Shown piece by piece: positions 18,499 to 27,401 of a stretch of DNA of 55,703 bases (positions are counted from its first letter, which is position 1; each line of letters opens with the position of its first letter). Origin of the DNA: a virus (lineage: Duplodnaviria; Caudoviricetes). The DNA is taken from positions 1-55,703 of the IMG/VR virus record IMGVR_UViG_3300020156_000034. One strand, 5' to 3'. The position numbers were made by a program, and so were the translations under genes. The notes below the pieces were generated by a model. That model worked only from the letters and a program-made list of their open reading frames with translations. It did not search any database and was not told the origin of the DNA.

Positions 18499-18957
18499 AT
18501 GCTGACAGCGACATTGCTCGCGGCGCTCCTGGCCGGCCAGGCGCCGTCTTCCACGCCCATCGCTGACGCGATCCCGTCGATCGACGTCCGCACCATCGAG
18601 CGGCAGGACGCCGCGTCGCCTCGGCCTCCGCACCGGGATCACGGCTACGGCTTCAAGCTGCTGATGGTTGGGAACGTCGTGGTGATGGGAGCCGACATGG
18701 CCGGCACGATGACCTGTATCGCGGAGCGGACCTGCGTGGAGGTCAATCTGCTCCAGAAGCACCTTGTGGAGAACCGACCGATCCTGGCGGGCGCCGTCAA
18801 CGGGCTGCAGACTGCTGCCATCCTCCTGTGGATGGACCGGGTCAGCCAGAAGCGGCCGAAGCTCGCCAACGCGATCATGGCCTTCTGGTTGGTCACCCGC
18901 GGCTACGTGGCCTTCGTCAACAACAAGCGCGTGCTCGAGCAGGGGCGGGGGCGGTAG
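18499..18957 (+). CDS. Hypothetical membrane or exported protein
   Basis: Hydrophobic N-terminus and further hydrophobic segments. Confidence 0.65.
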   Translation: MLTATLLAALLAGQAPSSTPIADAIPSIDVRTIERQDAASPRPPHRDHGYGFKLLMVGNVVVMGADMAGTMTCIAERTCVEVNLLQKHLVENRPILAGAVNGLQTAAILLWMDRVSQKRPKLANAIMAFWLVTRGYVAFVNNKRVLEQGRGR

Positions 18958-19926
18958 ATGCACCAGACCCGTCGGGAGTTCCTCGACGACATCCTCGACT
19001 TCGTCGGTCACGCGAACGACCCGGGCGCGCGGAACACGATGGAGCGGATCCTGAACCGCGCCATCGAATCGATGTGGAACAAGCGGCCCTGGCCAGTGTT
19101 CCTGCATCCGACGGCGTACGAGTTCTCGACGCTGGCAAACACGCGCGCCTACGGCCTGCCGGTCTGGTTCGGACGCGTGAGCGGGATCGATGGCGCCATC
19201 CGCAACCTCACGACGGGGCAGCGACTCTACCCGTCCACCCGGGAGAAGCTCGAGGCGGAGGACCCCACGGTGGGGACTTCGAACGAGGCCGCGGGACCGC
19301 CGAGGGTCTACTACCTTGCAGGCGTGCAGCCCGTGCACACCCAGCCGGCGGCATCCGGCGATGCACTCGAGGTCCTCTCCGACAGCGCCGCGGACACCGC
19401 GGTCAGCGTCCTCATCGGCGGGATCAACGGGGATGGGCAGTGGACCAGCGTGCAGGTCACGCTCACCGGCACCGTCGCCGTCCCCGCCGGCACCTGGCGC
19501 GAGGTGTTCGAGTTCGCGAAGGCGTATCCGGACGGCACCACGCCAGCCACGGAGTTCACCAGCAGTGCCGGTAGCGTCACGCTGCGGAAGGTGACCGGCG
19601 CCACGGAGCTCCAGATGCTCCTGCCTCAGGAAAGCGCGCGCGAGGTCCGGGTGTTGAACCTGTACCCCAAGCCCGATCAGGCCTACGACATCGCCGTGCC
19701 GTTCCTTCGATCGCCGCGGAAGGCGTGGAAGGATGCCGACGTGCTGCCCTTCGGCTGGGGCCCGGCCCTGTTCGAAGAGTGCCAGATCGAGTGGCAGGTG
19801 CAGGCCGGCGACCTGTCGCGCCAGGCGGCCGCCCAGACGGCTCGGCCCGCGTTCATCGATCTGACCTGTAACGAGAACGCAGCGGCCGCGCAGATGAACC
19901 GCCGCCGGGAGCCCTTCCGGGGATGA
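18958..19926 (+). CDS. Head-tail adaptor (tail tubular protein A-like)
   Basis: ILNRAIESMW...WP...YGLP and LYPKPDQAY motifs; directly precedes the nozzle-like gene. Confidence 0.65.
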   Translation: MHQTRREFLDDILDFVGHANDPGARNTMERILNRAIESMWNKRPWPVFLHPTAYEFSTLANTRAYGLPVWFGRVSGIDGAIRNLTTGQRLYPSTREKLEAEDPTVGTSNEAAGPPRVYYLAGVQPVHTQPAASGDALEVLSDSAADTAVSVLIGGINGDGQWTSVQVTLTGTVAVPAGTWREVFEFAKAYPDGTTPATEFTSSAGSVTLRKVTGATELQMLLPQESAREVRVLNLYPKPDQAYDIAVPFLRSPRKAWKDADVLPFGWGPALFEECQIEWQVQAGDLSRQAAAQTARPAFIDLTCNENAAAAQMNRRREPFRG

Positions 19927-22034
19927 GCGAGACCCGCCCGTCGATCGTGCTCGACTGCGAGGACTTCTCCCCGGGATTCTTGGACACGCCCGAGCCAGAT
20001 ACCCTGCCGCGCGGCGCCACGCCGGACGCGAAGAACGCGTTCTTCTACCGGCTCGAGACGCAGGATCGGACCCGCGCCACGATGCGCCGGCGAAAAGGGT
20101 GCCGCCTGATCAACCCGACTGCGATCGCGTCAGGCGCGGCGATCGACGGCATCTGGCAGTTCGACCGCGAAGGGGCGGACTCCGAATTGGTCGTCATGTG
20201 CGACGGGGCGCTCTACGTGTGGGACGGCGTCGACGCGTTCACCGCGATCACGGACGGGGGCGGCTTCACCGCTGGGAATGACACGTATGCCATCCCATTC
20301 AAGAACAACCTGATCGTCTCGGACGGCACGGTCACGAAGCGGTACGACGGGACCGCCTGCTTCACGCTGGGTTTCGTCGCACCGACCGGGGCCCCGACGC
20401 TCACGGTCGGCAGCACCACGGGTGTCACCGGCACGTATGAAGGCTTCGCGGTCTGGGTCGAGGAGGACACCGGCCACGAGAGCAGCCCGAGCGCCATCAC
20501 GTCGGCCGTCGCGTTCACGGACGACAAGCGGGTCTGGGCGAAGCCTGCGGGATCCCCGCCGGCGAACGTCACACACTGGCGCGTCTACTGCCGTCGCACG
20601 GACACGAACGAAAACAACTTCTTCAAGACGGGCACCGATCAGGCAGTGGCCACCGCCAGCTACGAGGAGGCGACGTCTGACGCCGCGCGGCGCGACATCG
20701 GCCCACTGACGCAGTCGAACGACGTCCCGCCGGCCTTCGCCCTCACCGAGGAGTACAAGGGCTACCGCATCGGCGTGAAGGCGAACAGCTCAGACCTCTA
20801 TATCTCGAAGCAGTTCGACGCCGAGAGCCAGGCCCCACGGGACGTGTTCCCGGTCGGCGGCCGCGGCGAAGCGAAACCTGTGCGCAGCGTCCGCAAGTAC
20901 GGGGAGGACTGTTTCGTCCGGAAGCCGACGAAGACCTACCGCCTGGTCGGCGATCGCGTGCCGTTCGCCATCACGCCGGTGGACTCCAGCTACGGCTCGG
21001 TGAGCCAGGCCGCCGGCATCGAGATCGACGGGCTCTGGTACGACTGGGATGAACAGCGCGGGCCCTACGTATCCGATATGAACAGCCTGTGGTCGTCGCT
21101 GGCAGACGATCGCATCGCCGGGCTGGTGGGAACTGTCAATCGCGTGTATCTGAGCAAGATCCGCGTCGCGCACTACGTGTCGCTGAACATCGTGCAGTGG
21201 GCGATCCCTACGACCTCCAGCCGGAAGCGCACCATCATCGCCTACAACTACCGGCTCAAGCGGTGGCTTCCGCCGATCACCGGCATGGAGTACGCCTCCA
21301 TGTGCACGTTCACCACAAATGCCGGGGCCTCCGGCCTCTACTTCGGGGACGAGTGGGGTCGCGTCTACGAGATGTACAGCGGGGAGGTCGACGGCGTTCC
21401 CAGCGGCTCGACGTCGGTGGCGATCACCGTCGCGACATCGGGCTCCATCACTGCGGATGCCGCGTCCTTCTACACGACCGGTGACGGACTCGCGGGGATG
21501 CCGGCCGCCGTCCGGAGTCCGTCCGGCGCCTGGCAGTGGGTCCGCATCCAGTCCAACACTGCAACGGTCCTCACGCTCGACACGAGCAACGGTCCCGCCC
21601 TCGCGCCTGTCCCGGATGGGGATGGCGAATGGCTCGTGGTCGTCGGGGGCATCGAGTGGTATTGGGACACGCCGCGGCTGACCGGCGGCAATCGCATGAT
21701 CGAAAAGCGGCCGTACTCGCTGGCGATCGAGGGCGGAGCGACGTCCTCGTCGCATCAGCTCGAGGTCAAACTCCGCTACAACCGCGGGATCGGGTTCGAT
21801 ACGACCTACGCAATCACGTTTCCGTCGACGGGCATGGCCTGGGGCACCGGCACGTGGGGTACGGATGCGTGGGGCGCTGGCGGCACACGAGCCATGCGCA
21901 AACACCGGCTGAACCGCTCCTTCTTCGACGTGCAGATTCGGGTGCAGAACTTCTACCCCAATCAGCCGTTCGAAATCACGGCCTACGTGCTGACGGCTGA
22001 TTGGCAGACGAGACGACGGGTGGCATCCGTATGA
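19923..22034 (+). CDS. Tail nozzle/stabilisation protein (beta-propeller-like)
   Basis: 703 aa, beta-rich; ATPDAKN...MRRRKGC start; podovirus gene order. Confidence 0.65.
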   Translation: MSETRPSIVLDCEDFSPGFLDTPEPDTLPRGATPDAKNAFFYRLETQDRTRATMRRRKGCRLINPTAIASGAAIDGIWQFDREGADSELVVMCDGALYVWDGVDAFTAITDGGGFTAGNDTYAIPFKNNLIVSDGTVTKRYDGTACFTLGFVAPTGAPTLTVGSTTGVTGTYEGFAVWVEEDTGHESSPSAITSAVAFTDDKRVWAKPAGSPPANVTHWRVYCRRTDTNENNFFKTGTDQAVATASYEEATSDAARRDIGPLTQSNDVPPAFALTEEYKGYRIGVKANSSDLYISKQFDAESQAPRDVFPVGGRGEAKPVRSVRKYGEDCFVRKPTKTYRLVGDRVPFAITPVDSSYGSVSQAAGIEIDGLWYDWDEQRGPYVSDMNSLWSSLADDRIAGLVGTVNRVYLSKIRVAHYVSLNIVQWAIPTTSSRKRTIIAYNYRLKRWLPPITGMEYASMCTFTTNAGASGLYFGDEWGRVYEMYSGEVDGVPSGSTSVAITVATSGSITADAASFYTTGDGLAGMPAAVRSPSGAWQWVRIQSNTATVLTLDTSNGPALAPVPDGDGEWLVVVGGIEWYWDTPRLTGGNRMIEKRPYSLAIEGGATSSSHQLEVKLRYNRGIGFDTTYAITFPSTGMAWGTGTWGTDAWGAGGTRAMRKHRLNRSFFDVQIRVQNFYPNQPFEITAYVLTADWQTRRRVASV

Positions 22035-22342
22035 CGATCCGCGGCGTAGACCCAGCGACCGCCCTGGCGATCGACGCCCTCCGCGGCGAAACGCTCCCGT
22101 TCTGGGGCGCGTATGGCCCGGTCGTTGAGGTCACATTCCCCGTGGCATCCACCCGCCGCGACATCGCGCACGGTTTGTCACAGGTGCCAGACGGGTACTT
22201 CATCGTCTGGGCGGACGGCACGCTGTTCGCGGAGCCGGGTGTGCTCTGGACGAAGGACCTGGCCTACATGCGCAGCGGCGCCGACAACGTCCACGCGCGC
22301 ATCATCTTCTACACCGTTCGGGAGGCATACCGTGAAGCATAA
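22031..22342 (+). CDS. Hypothetical tail protein
   Basis: ATGA coupling; IAHGLSQVPDGY (H-G-L fibre/lectin-like motif). Confidence 0.6.
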   Translation: MTIRGVDPATALAIDALRGETLPFWGAYGPVVEVTFPVASTRRDIAHGLSQVPDGYFIVWADGTLFAEPGVLWTKDLAYMRSGADNVHARIIFYTVREAYREA

Positions 22343-23291
22343 ACTTCTGCTCCTTCTCGCCATGCTAGTTCTGCTGGCGACGCCCGCGCAGGCTCAGATC
22401 ACCATTACGTACACCTTCACAAACGGCACGTCGGCCGACGCCGATCAGGTGAACAGCAACTTCTCGACGTTGGCCACCAACGCCCTGAACCGCACCGGAG
22501 GTACCATCACCGGCAACATCGGAGTGAACGCCGGCGTCACCATCGATGGCGTCGACATCGGTGCGGCGCTGGGCGGTACCGGCACGCCGACCTTTGCGAG
22601 CGTCACGATCACTGGGACGGGCGCGAGCGCCCTTGACATCGGCGGGGGGCTGAACGCCGGCACCGGCGACGTCGCCATCATCGATGCGACCGGGAAGATT
22701 GCGGGCATCAGCGATGTCTACTTCGCATCGCTCGATGGCTCGAAGTTGACCGGTCTGAACGCCACAGAGCTGACGACCGGGACGCTGCCCAGCGGCCGCC
22801 TCTCCGGAACGTACAGCAGCGCGCTCACGCTCTCGAGCGCCTCCAATGTGCTGTATGGCAGCGGGGCCAATCTGACGGCGCTGAACGGCACGCAGATCAC
22901 ATCCGGCACAGTCGCGGACGCGCGCCTCTCGGCGAACGTCCCGCTGATCAATGCCACGACCAACACCTTCACTGGTGCGATGCGGTACGGCACGTCGCAG
23001 GTGCTGAGTTGGAACGCGAAGACCACGGACACCAACTATCAAGCCTCGAGTGACGGCTTCGTGGTGGTATTTGCCGACGCCATGAGCCCTGGCGGATTGG
23101 GGTTGCTGGAGGTGCTGTCGGACGCGGTCTCGACTCCCACGACCAGACGGGCGCTCGAGGTCGTCGCGAATGATGCGCGCAGCGTCATGGTGCCGATACG
23201 CAAGGGCGACTATTACAAAGTGGCCACCACGACGGACAGCGGAACCATTAGCTTCACGGCCTATTGGGTTCCCATGGGCACGGCAGGGTAA
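22332..23291 (+). CDS. Tail fibre-like protein with signal peptide
   Basis: GGAGG RBS; MKHKLLLLLAMLVLLATPAQA-Q; YTFTNGTSADADQVNSNF attachment motif; GSGANLTALN and SGTVADARLS repeats. Confidence 0.75.
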   Translation: MKHKLLLLLAMLVLLATPAQAQITITYTFTNGTSADADQVNSNFSTLATNALNRTGGTITGNIGVNAGVTIDGVDIGAALGGTGTPTFASVTITGTGASALDIGGGLNAGTGDVAIIDATGKIAGISDVYFASLDGSKLTGLNATELTTGTLPSGRLSGTYSSALTLSSASNVLYGSGANLTALNGTQITSGTVADARLSANVPLINATTNTFTGAMRYGTSQVLSWNAKTTDTNYQASSDGFVVVFADAMSPGGLGLLEVLSDAVSTPTTRRALEVVANDARSVMVPIRKGDYYKVATTTDSGTISFTAYWVPMGTAG

Positions 23292-23320
23292 TCAATCACA
23301 GTAGGGTGAGGAGGCGTCTT

Positions 23321-23710
23321 GTGAGAACACAGAGCATCGGGTGGATCGTCGTCGTGACGTGCGGGATCTTTGGAGCAGCCGTTTCTGCCCAGGAGAAGCC
23401 GATCGCGCCTCCAGCGGCCGTAGCGGAAGGCCCAGCGCCGCAGCTCACCGAGGTGGAGCGGCTGAAACTGGAGCTGCTGCAGGTGCGCACGTCCTATGCG
23501 CAGCTCCTGGCGAACTACGACGCGTGCAAGGCGGAAGTGGGGACCGCGTTCAATACGCTCGGACGGCTGCGTGCCGAGGCCGCCACCGCCGAACTGACGG
23601 CGGAGGAGGCGAAGCTGAAGGCGGCCATCGAGGCGGGGCACCCAGGATACCGCTGGGATCCGAAAACGGGGACCTTCACGAAGAAGCCGCCCGATCCGGA
23701 GAAGAAGTAA
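23321..23710 (+). CDS. Coiled-coil protein with signal peptide
   Basis: GAGGAGG RBS; leader ends in AAVSA-QE. Confidence 0.7.
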   Translation: MRTQSIGWIVVVTCGIFGAAVSAQEKPIAPPAAVAEGPAPQLTEVERLKLELLQVRTSYAQLLANYDACKAEVGTAFNTLGRLRAEAATAELTAEEAKLKAAIEAGHPGYRWDPKTGTFTKKPPDPEKK

Positions 23711-23955
23711 TGCCGCCGGCGGTGCAGTTCGAGGCCATCGGGCGCTCGGTGAGGCGGTCGGGGGACCAGTTCATTGTCCGCGTGGACTACATGCGGAAGA
23801 GCGATGGAAAGCTCGTCGGGCGGGTCGAACACAAGGTAAAATCCAAGTCTGCCATCAAAGCTGCGGTCGATGCGCAACTCACCTCGTTGAAGAACGCGCA
23901 GGACGAGGCGGACGCGAACTTCGACATCGTCGGCAAGGTGCTGGGGACGATCTAA
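23710..23955 (+). CDS. Hypothetical protein
   Basis: TAATG coupling. Confidence 0.65.
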   Translation: MPPAVQFEAIGRSVRRSGDQFIVRVDYMRKSDGKLVGRVEHKVKSKSAIKAAVDAQLTSLKNAQDEADANFDIVGKVLGTI

Positions 23956-23956
23956 G

Positions 23957-23965
23957 GCCGGGCGG
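23957..23965 (+). promoter_or_regulatory. GCCGGGCGG motif, copy 3
   Basis: Begins 23 nt before ATG 23980. Confidence 0.55.
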
Positions 23966-23979
23966 CCACGGAGTCTCAA

Positions 23980-24603
23980 ATGCCTATCCCACTCGCAGCT
24001 CTCGTCGCCCTTTCAGCCCTCGGTGCCGGGGCCGGTGCTATCTCGAGCAACATGTCGAATCGGCGCAACGCGGAGGCGCAGGAGCAGATGTCGCGCGAGC
24101 AGATCGAGGCCGAGGAGCGCCTGGCACGTCAGAAGCTCGCGGCCGACGAGTCGATGGCCGACCCCTTCCGCCAGCAGCTCAATCAGGCGAGCGCGATCAA
24201 GAAGCTGGATCAGCTCGAACGGGCCAGCTACATGCCCGTCGGCATGACGCCCGCCGGCCCGTACGCCGGGTCGGTACCGACAATGACCGGCGGCTACAGC
24301 TATGAGAAGAGCCCTGAACTGATCGGGTCCGCGGGTGCGATCAAGCGTAACGTCATGGCAGGCCACACGGCGCCGACAATGACGAACCCGGCGAACCACG
24401 GCCGCACGGCGGCGCTCGACCTACTCCGCATCCTGGCCGGTGATGTGGACGCGGCCGATCCCACCGCGTTCAAGTCTGGACCGCACGCCGGTGGCGTGAG
24501 TGGCACACGGGCCGTGCCGCGTGGCGCGCGGCGCGGTGCGGCGTCCGTGAACGTTGGTGGCGTACGGTCGATGGACTCTCGGCTCCAGCCCTCGTTCGCG
24601 TAA
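23980..24603 (+). CDS. Putative ejection (pilot) protein 1
   Basis: Ala/Gly hydrophobic N-terminus followed by a Q/E helix, the pattern of P22 gp7-like proteins. Confidence 0.6.
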   Translation: MPIPLAALVALSALGAGAGAISSNMSNRRNAEAQEQMSREQIEAEERLARQKLAADESMADPFRQQLNQASAIKKLDQLERASYMPVGMTPAGPYAGSVPTMTGGYSYEKSPELIGSAGAIKRNVMAGHTAPTMTNPANHGRTAALDLLRILAGDVDAADPTAFKSGPHAGGVSGTRAVPRGARRGAASVNVGGVRSMDSRLQPSFA

Positions 24604-24627
24604 GTTTCAGCAAGACCCTCAGACCTT

Positions 24628-24636
24628 GCCGGGCGG
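24628..24636 (+). promoter_or_regulatory. GCCGGGCGG motif, copy 4
   Basis: Begins 23 nt before ATG 24651. Confidence 0.55.
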
Positions 24637-24650
24637 GCTAGGACCGTGGG

Positions 24651-26510
24651 ATGGACACCTCGTTCAGTTGGGATCAGCAGGATCAGTCGGACCCACTCCG
24701 CCAGCGGAGCCGTGCGAACGCACCCGACCTTGGGATGTCGATCGACGGGTTTCGCACCGAGCTCCCGAACGAAGCCGCTGACTTCGGCTTGGATCGCCCC
24801 TCCTTCGCTGGGATCAACAACCCCGCCGGAGAAACCCCTGCGCCCACGGGCGGAATGCCCACCGCGACGGCCGTGCCGAGCGGCTCGCGCGTGCCGTCCA
24901 CCGGCCCGCTGACCCCGTCTACGGCCTCCGCGCCGACGGCGCCAGCGGCCGGCGCCGGGCAGCGCGCCAGCGGCTATCGCCAGACCGTCGAGCAGATCCG
25001 GACGACCCAGGACCCGAAGCAGCAGGCCATCCTGAAGGACCAGCTGTCACGGTCTCTCTATTCCGACCTCAAGACCCAAGGCCACGACGTGAAGTGGCAG
25101 GGAAATCAACTCATCATCGACGGCCGTCCGTACATCGTGGGCGGCGATGACACCGCCGCAGCGTCCGGGATTCAGTCGGAAGAGGACTCGGTCGTGGTCG
25201 ATCCGCCGCCGGTGGATCACAGCGAATGGGACACCGACGGCTACGACCCGCCGCAGTACACGGCTGGCGCCGCTGGCGCCGCCCCATCCGGCTGGGACCA
25301 GGCGAAGTGGGACAACCCGAGTCATCAGACCCCGAAGTACGTCGGCGGACGCATTTTCAGCAACTTCGACGCGAACGACCCCGCGCAGGTCTCCGCAGCG
25401 GCCGCCGAGGTCGCCAAGGCGTACCCAGGCGCACAGTTCAACGGCAAGGACAAGATCCGCCTGCCGTGGGGCGAGGTAATCGACTTCGTGGAGAACGCGT
25501 CCGGTCCGGGCCCGAAACGCTTCGCATGGCAGTCGGACCGCGACCCGCAGAACGCGCCGGCCCCGCAGAGCGCACCCGGGCTCACGTCCTCGATCGCGGC
25601 GCCAGGCGCCGCCGGGGTGCCAGTCAGTGGCGAGCAGCCAAGCGCCTACGCCCCACCAAACCAGGGGGCACCGGCATCGAACCAGTTCAACCTGAGCGCA
25701 CCGACCTACACGCCCGGTGAGATCAGCGACGACGACATCCCGAACTTCTCGTTCGAGCAGATGCTGTCTCAGTTGAAGGGCGACCAAACCGACGCGCAGC
25801 TCGAGGAGATGATCCTGAGCTACCTGAAGAACCCCGAAAGCCTCGACGCATTGACCGTCGACACCATGAAAGCGAAGTCGAAAGACGAACTCGCGGAAAT
25901 GGCGGAACTCGACGAGCAGGAACTGCGCGCGCTCGGCGCCTCCATGGGGATCGACGACTCGCCCTGGCTCGCCTCCGAGCTGATGTCTACCCGCCGGGGC
26001 CGTGATCGAGCCCTCGTCGAGAGCAACCGGAACATCGACCTCGAGGCGGCGACCACCCGCGGCGCGGAGCGGCGCGCGGCGGCCGAAATGGGCGCCAGCT
26101 ACGCGAACTCGCGCACGTCCCAGAAGCAGGCGATGGTCGCCCTCGCGGCGGATACGTCGCTGAAAACCGCGGCGCTTCGCGGCGATCGCATGGCCTTCCG
26201 CGAGTCGATCAAACAGAAGGCGACCGAGCTGGGGCTCGCGGCGGACCAGCTGCAGCTCAATTACACGATGGGGCTCATCGATGACGCGACCCGCCGGTAT
26301 GGCATCAACGTCGGCGCCTCGATCGACCGCGAGAAGCTGGCGCAGGCGGGACGGGAGTTCCAGGAGGAACTGGCGTTCAAGATCATGGCGCTCGAGCAGG
26401 CCGAGCGGCAGTTCGGCGCGCAGTACGGGCTCGACTTCGCCAAGACCCAGCACCAGATCGACGAAGACCACTACCAGCGGTACGAACGCGCCACCGACAT
26501 CGAGGAGTAG
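24651..26510 (+). CDS. Putative ejection protein 2
   Basis: Pro/Ala linkers, helical C-terminus (AERQFGAQYGLD); position before the giant gene. Confidence 0.6.
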   Translation: MDTSFSWDQQDQSDPLRQRSRANAPDLGMSIDGFRTELPNEAADFGLDRPSFAGINNPAGETPAPTGGMPTATAVPSGSRVPSTGPLTPSTASAPTAPAAGAGQRASGYRQTVEQIRTTQDPKQQAILKDQLSRSLYSDLKTQGHDVKWQGNQLIIDGRPYIVGGDDTAAASGIQSEEDSVVVDPPPVDHSEWDTDGYDPPQYTAGAAGAAPSGWDQAKWDNPSHQTPKYVGGRIFSNFDANDPAQVSAAAAEVAKAYPGAQFNGKDKIRLPWGEVIDFVENASGPGPKRFAWQSDRDPQNAPAPQSAPGLTSSIAAPGAAGVPVSGEQPSAYAPPNQGAPASNQFNLSAPTYTPGEISDDDIPNFSFEQMLSQLKGDQTDAQLEEMILSYLKNPESLDALTVDTMKAKSKDELAEMAELDEQELRALGASMGIDDSPWLASELMSTRRGRDRALVESNRNIDLEAATTRGAERRAAAEMGASYANSRTSQKQAMVALAADTSLKTAALRGDRMAFRESIKQKATELGLAADQLQLNYTMGLIDDATRRYGINVGASIDREKLAQAGREFQEELAFKIMALEQAERQFGAQYGLDFAKTQHQIDEDHYQRYERATDIEE

Positions 26511-26513
26511 GCC

Positions 26514-27398
26514 ATGCCCATTGTTGAAGACATCCTCGCCGGTATCGGCGGAGCAACCCGCGGCGGCATGGAGGCGTACTCCTGGGAGAAGGAGCACCAG
26601 CAGAAGGAGCGCGCCATCACCAGCCGTGAGGAGATGACGAAGCTCAAAGAAGAGATCCGCCTCATGATCGCGGATCTGAACGAGGGCGGCCGCAACACGC
26701 GCCACGAAACGCCCAGCGGGAATACCCTCGTCACCGTGGAGGGCGCCAACGCGCGGCATGAGACGCCGAGCGGCAACACGATCCTGACGGAAGGCGGGCG
26801 GAACGCGCGGCACGCCACCGATGACGCGACGCGTCGGTTCGTTCACACGACGCCGAGCGGCAACACCATCAATCTGGAAGCTGGACGGGACCGCCGATGG
26901 CTTGAACCGAGCGGCAACGCGGCACTCGGCGCCGAGACCACGCGACGCGGCCAGGATCTCAATTTCACGCTGGGAAACACCCGCGATGCCACGGCGCGCC
27001 GCGGCCAGGACGTGTCGGCCGACACCACACGTCGCGGGCAGGACGCCGCCACAGAGCGCGCACGGATTCGGGGGGCTGGCTCCACCAGCCCTTACAGCGG
27101 GCTCTTCGATGTGCCGGCTACAGGTGGCACAACCAAGGGCACGATCCCCGTGACGCCGCGCCAGGCAACGCCGGCCGGCGGCGGCACCGGTTCGGCGCCG
27201 GTGTCCCCGCCGGCATCCACCGAGGCGGCACCGGCCGCGCCTGACGCCGCAGCACAGCGGCGCACCGAACTCGAGACCCGCGCGGCCTCGACCCTTCAGC
27301 AGTACCGCGCCGAGACCAATCCGCAGAAGAAGGCGGCGCTGCGTGCGGAATTGCTGCGCCTCAGAGCACAGGCGGCCGAACTCGGCGGGGGACGCTGA
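26514..27398 (+). CDS. Putative ejection protein 3 with internal repeats
   Basis: PSGN repeat x4 (TPSGNT x3); RRGQD x3. Confidence 0.6.
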   Translation: MPIVEDILAGIGGATRGGMEAYSWEKEHQQKERAITSREEMTKLKEEIRLMIADLNEGGRNTRHETPSGNTLVTVEGANARHETPSGNTILTEGGRNARHATDDATRRFVHTTPSGNTINLEAGRDRRWLEPSGNAALGAETTRRGQDLNFTLGNTRDATARRGQDVSADTTRRGQDAATERARIRGAGSTSPYSGLFDVPATGGTTKGTIPVTPRQATPAGGGTGSAPVSPPASTEAAPAAPDAAAQRRTELETRAASTLQQYRAETNPQKKAALRAELLRLRAQAAELGGGR

Positions 27399-27401
27399 CC
27401 C

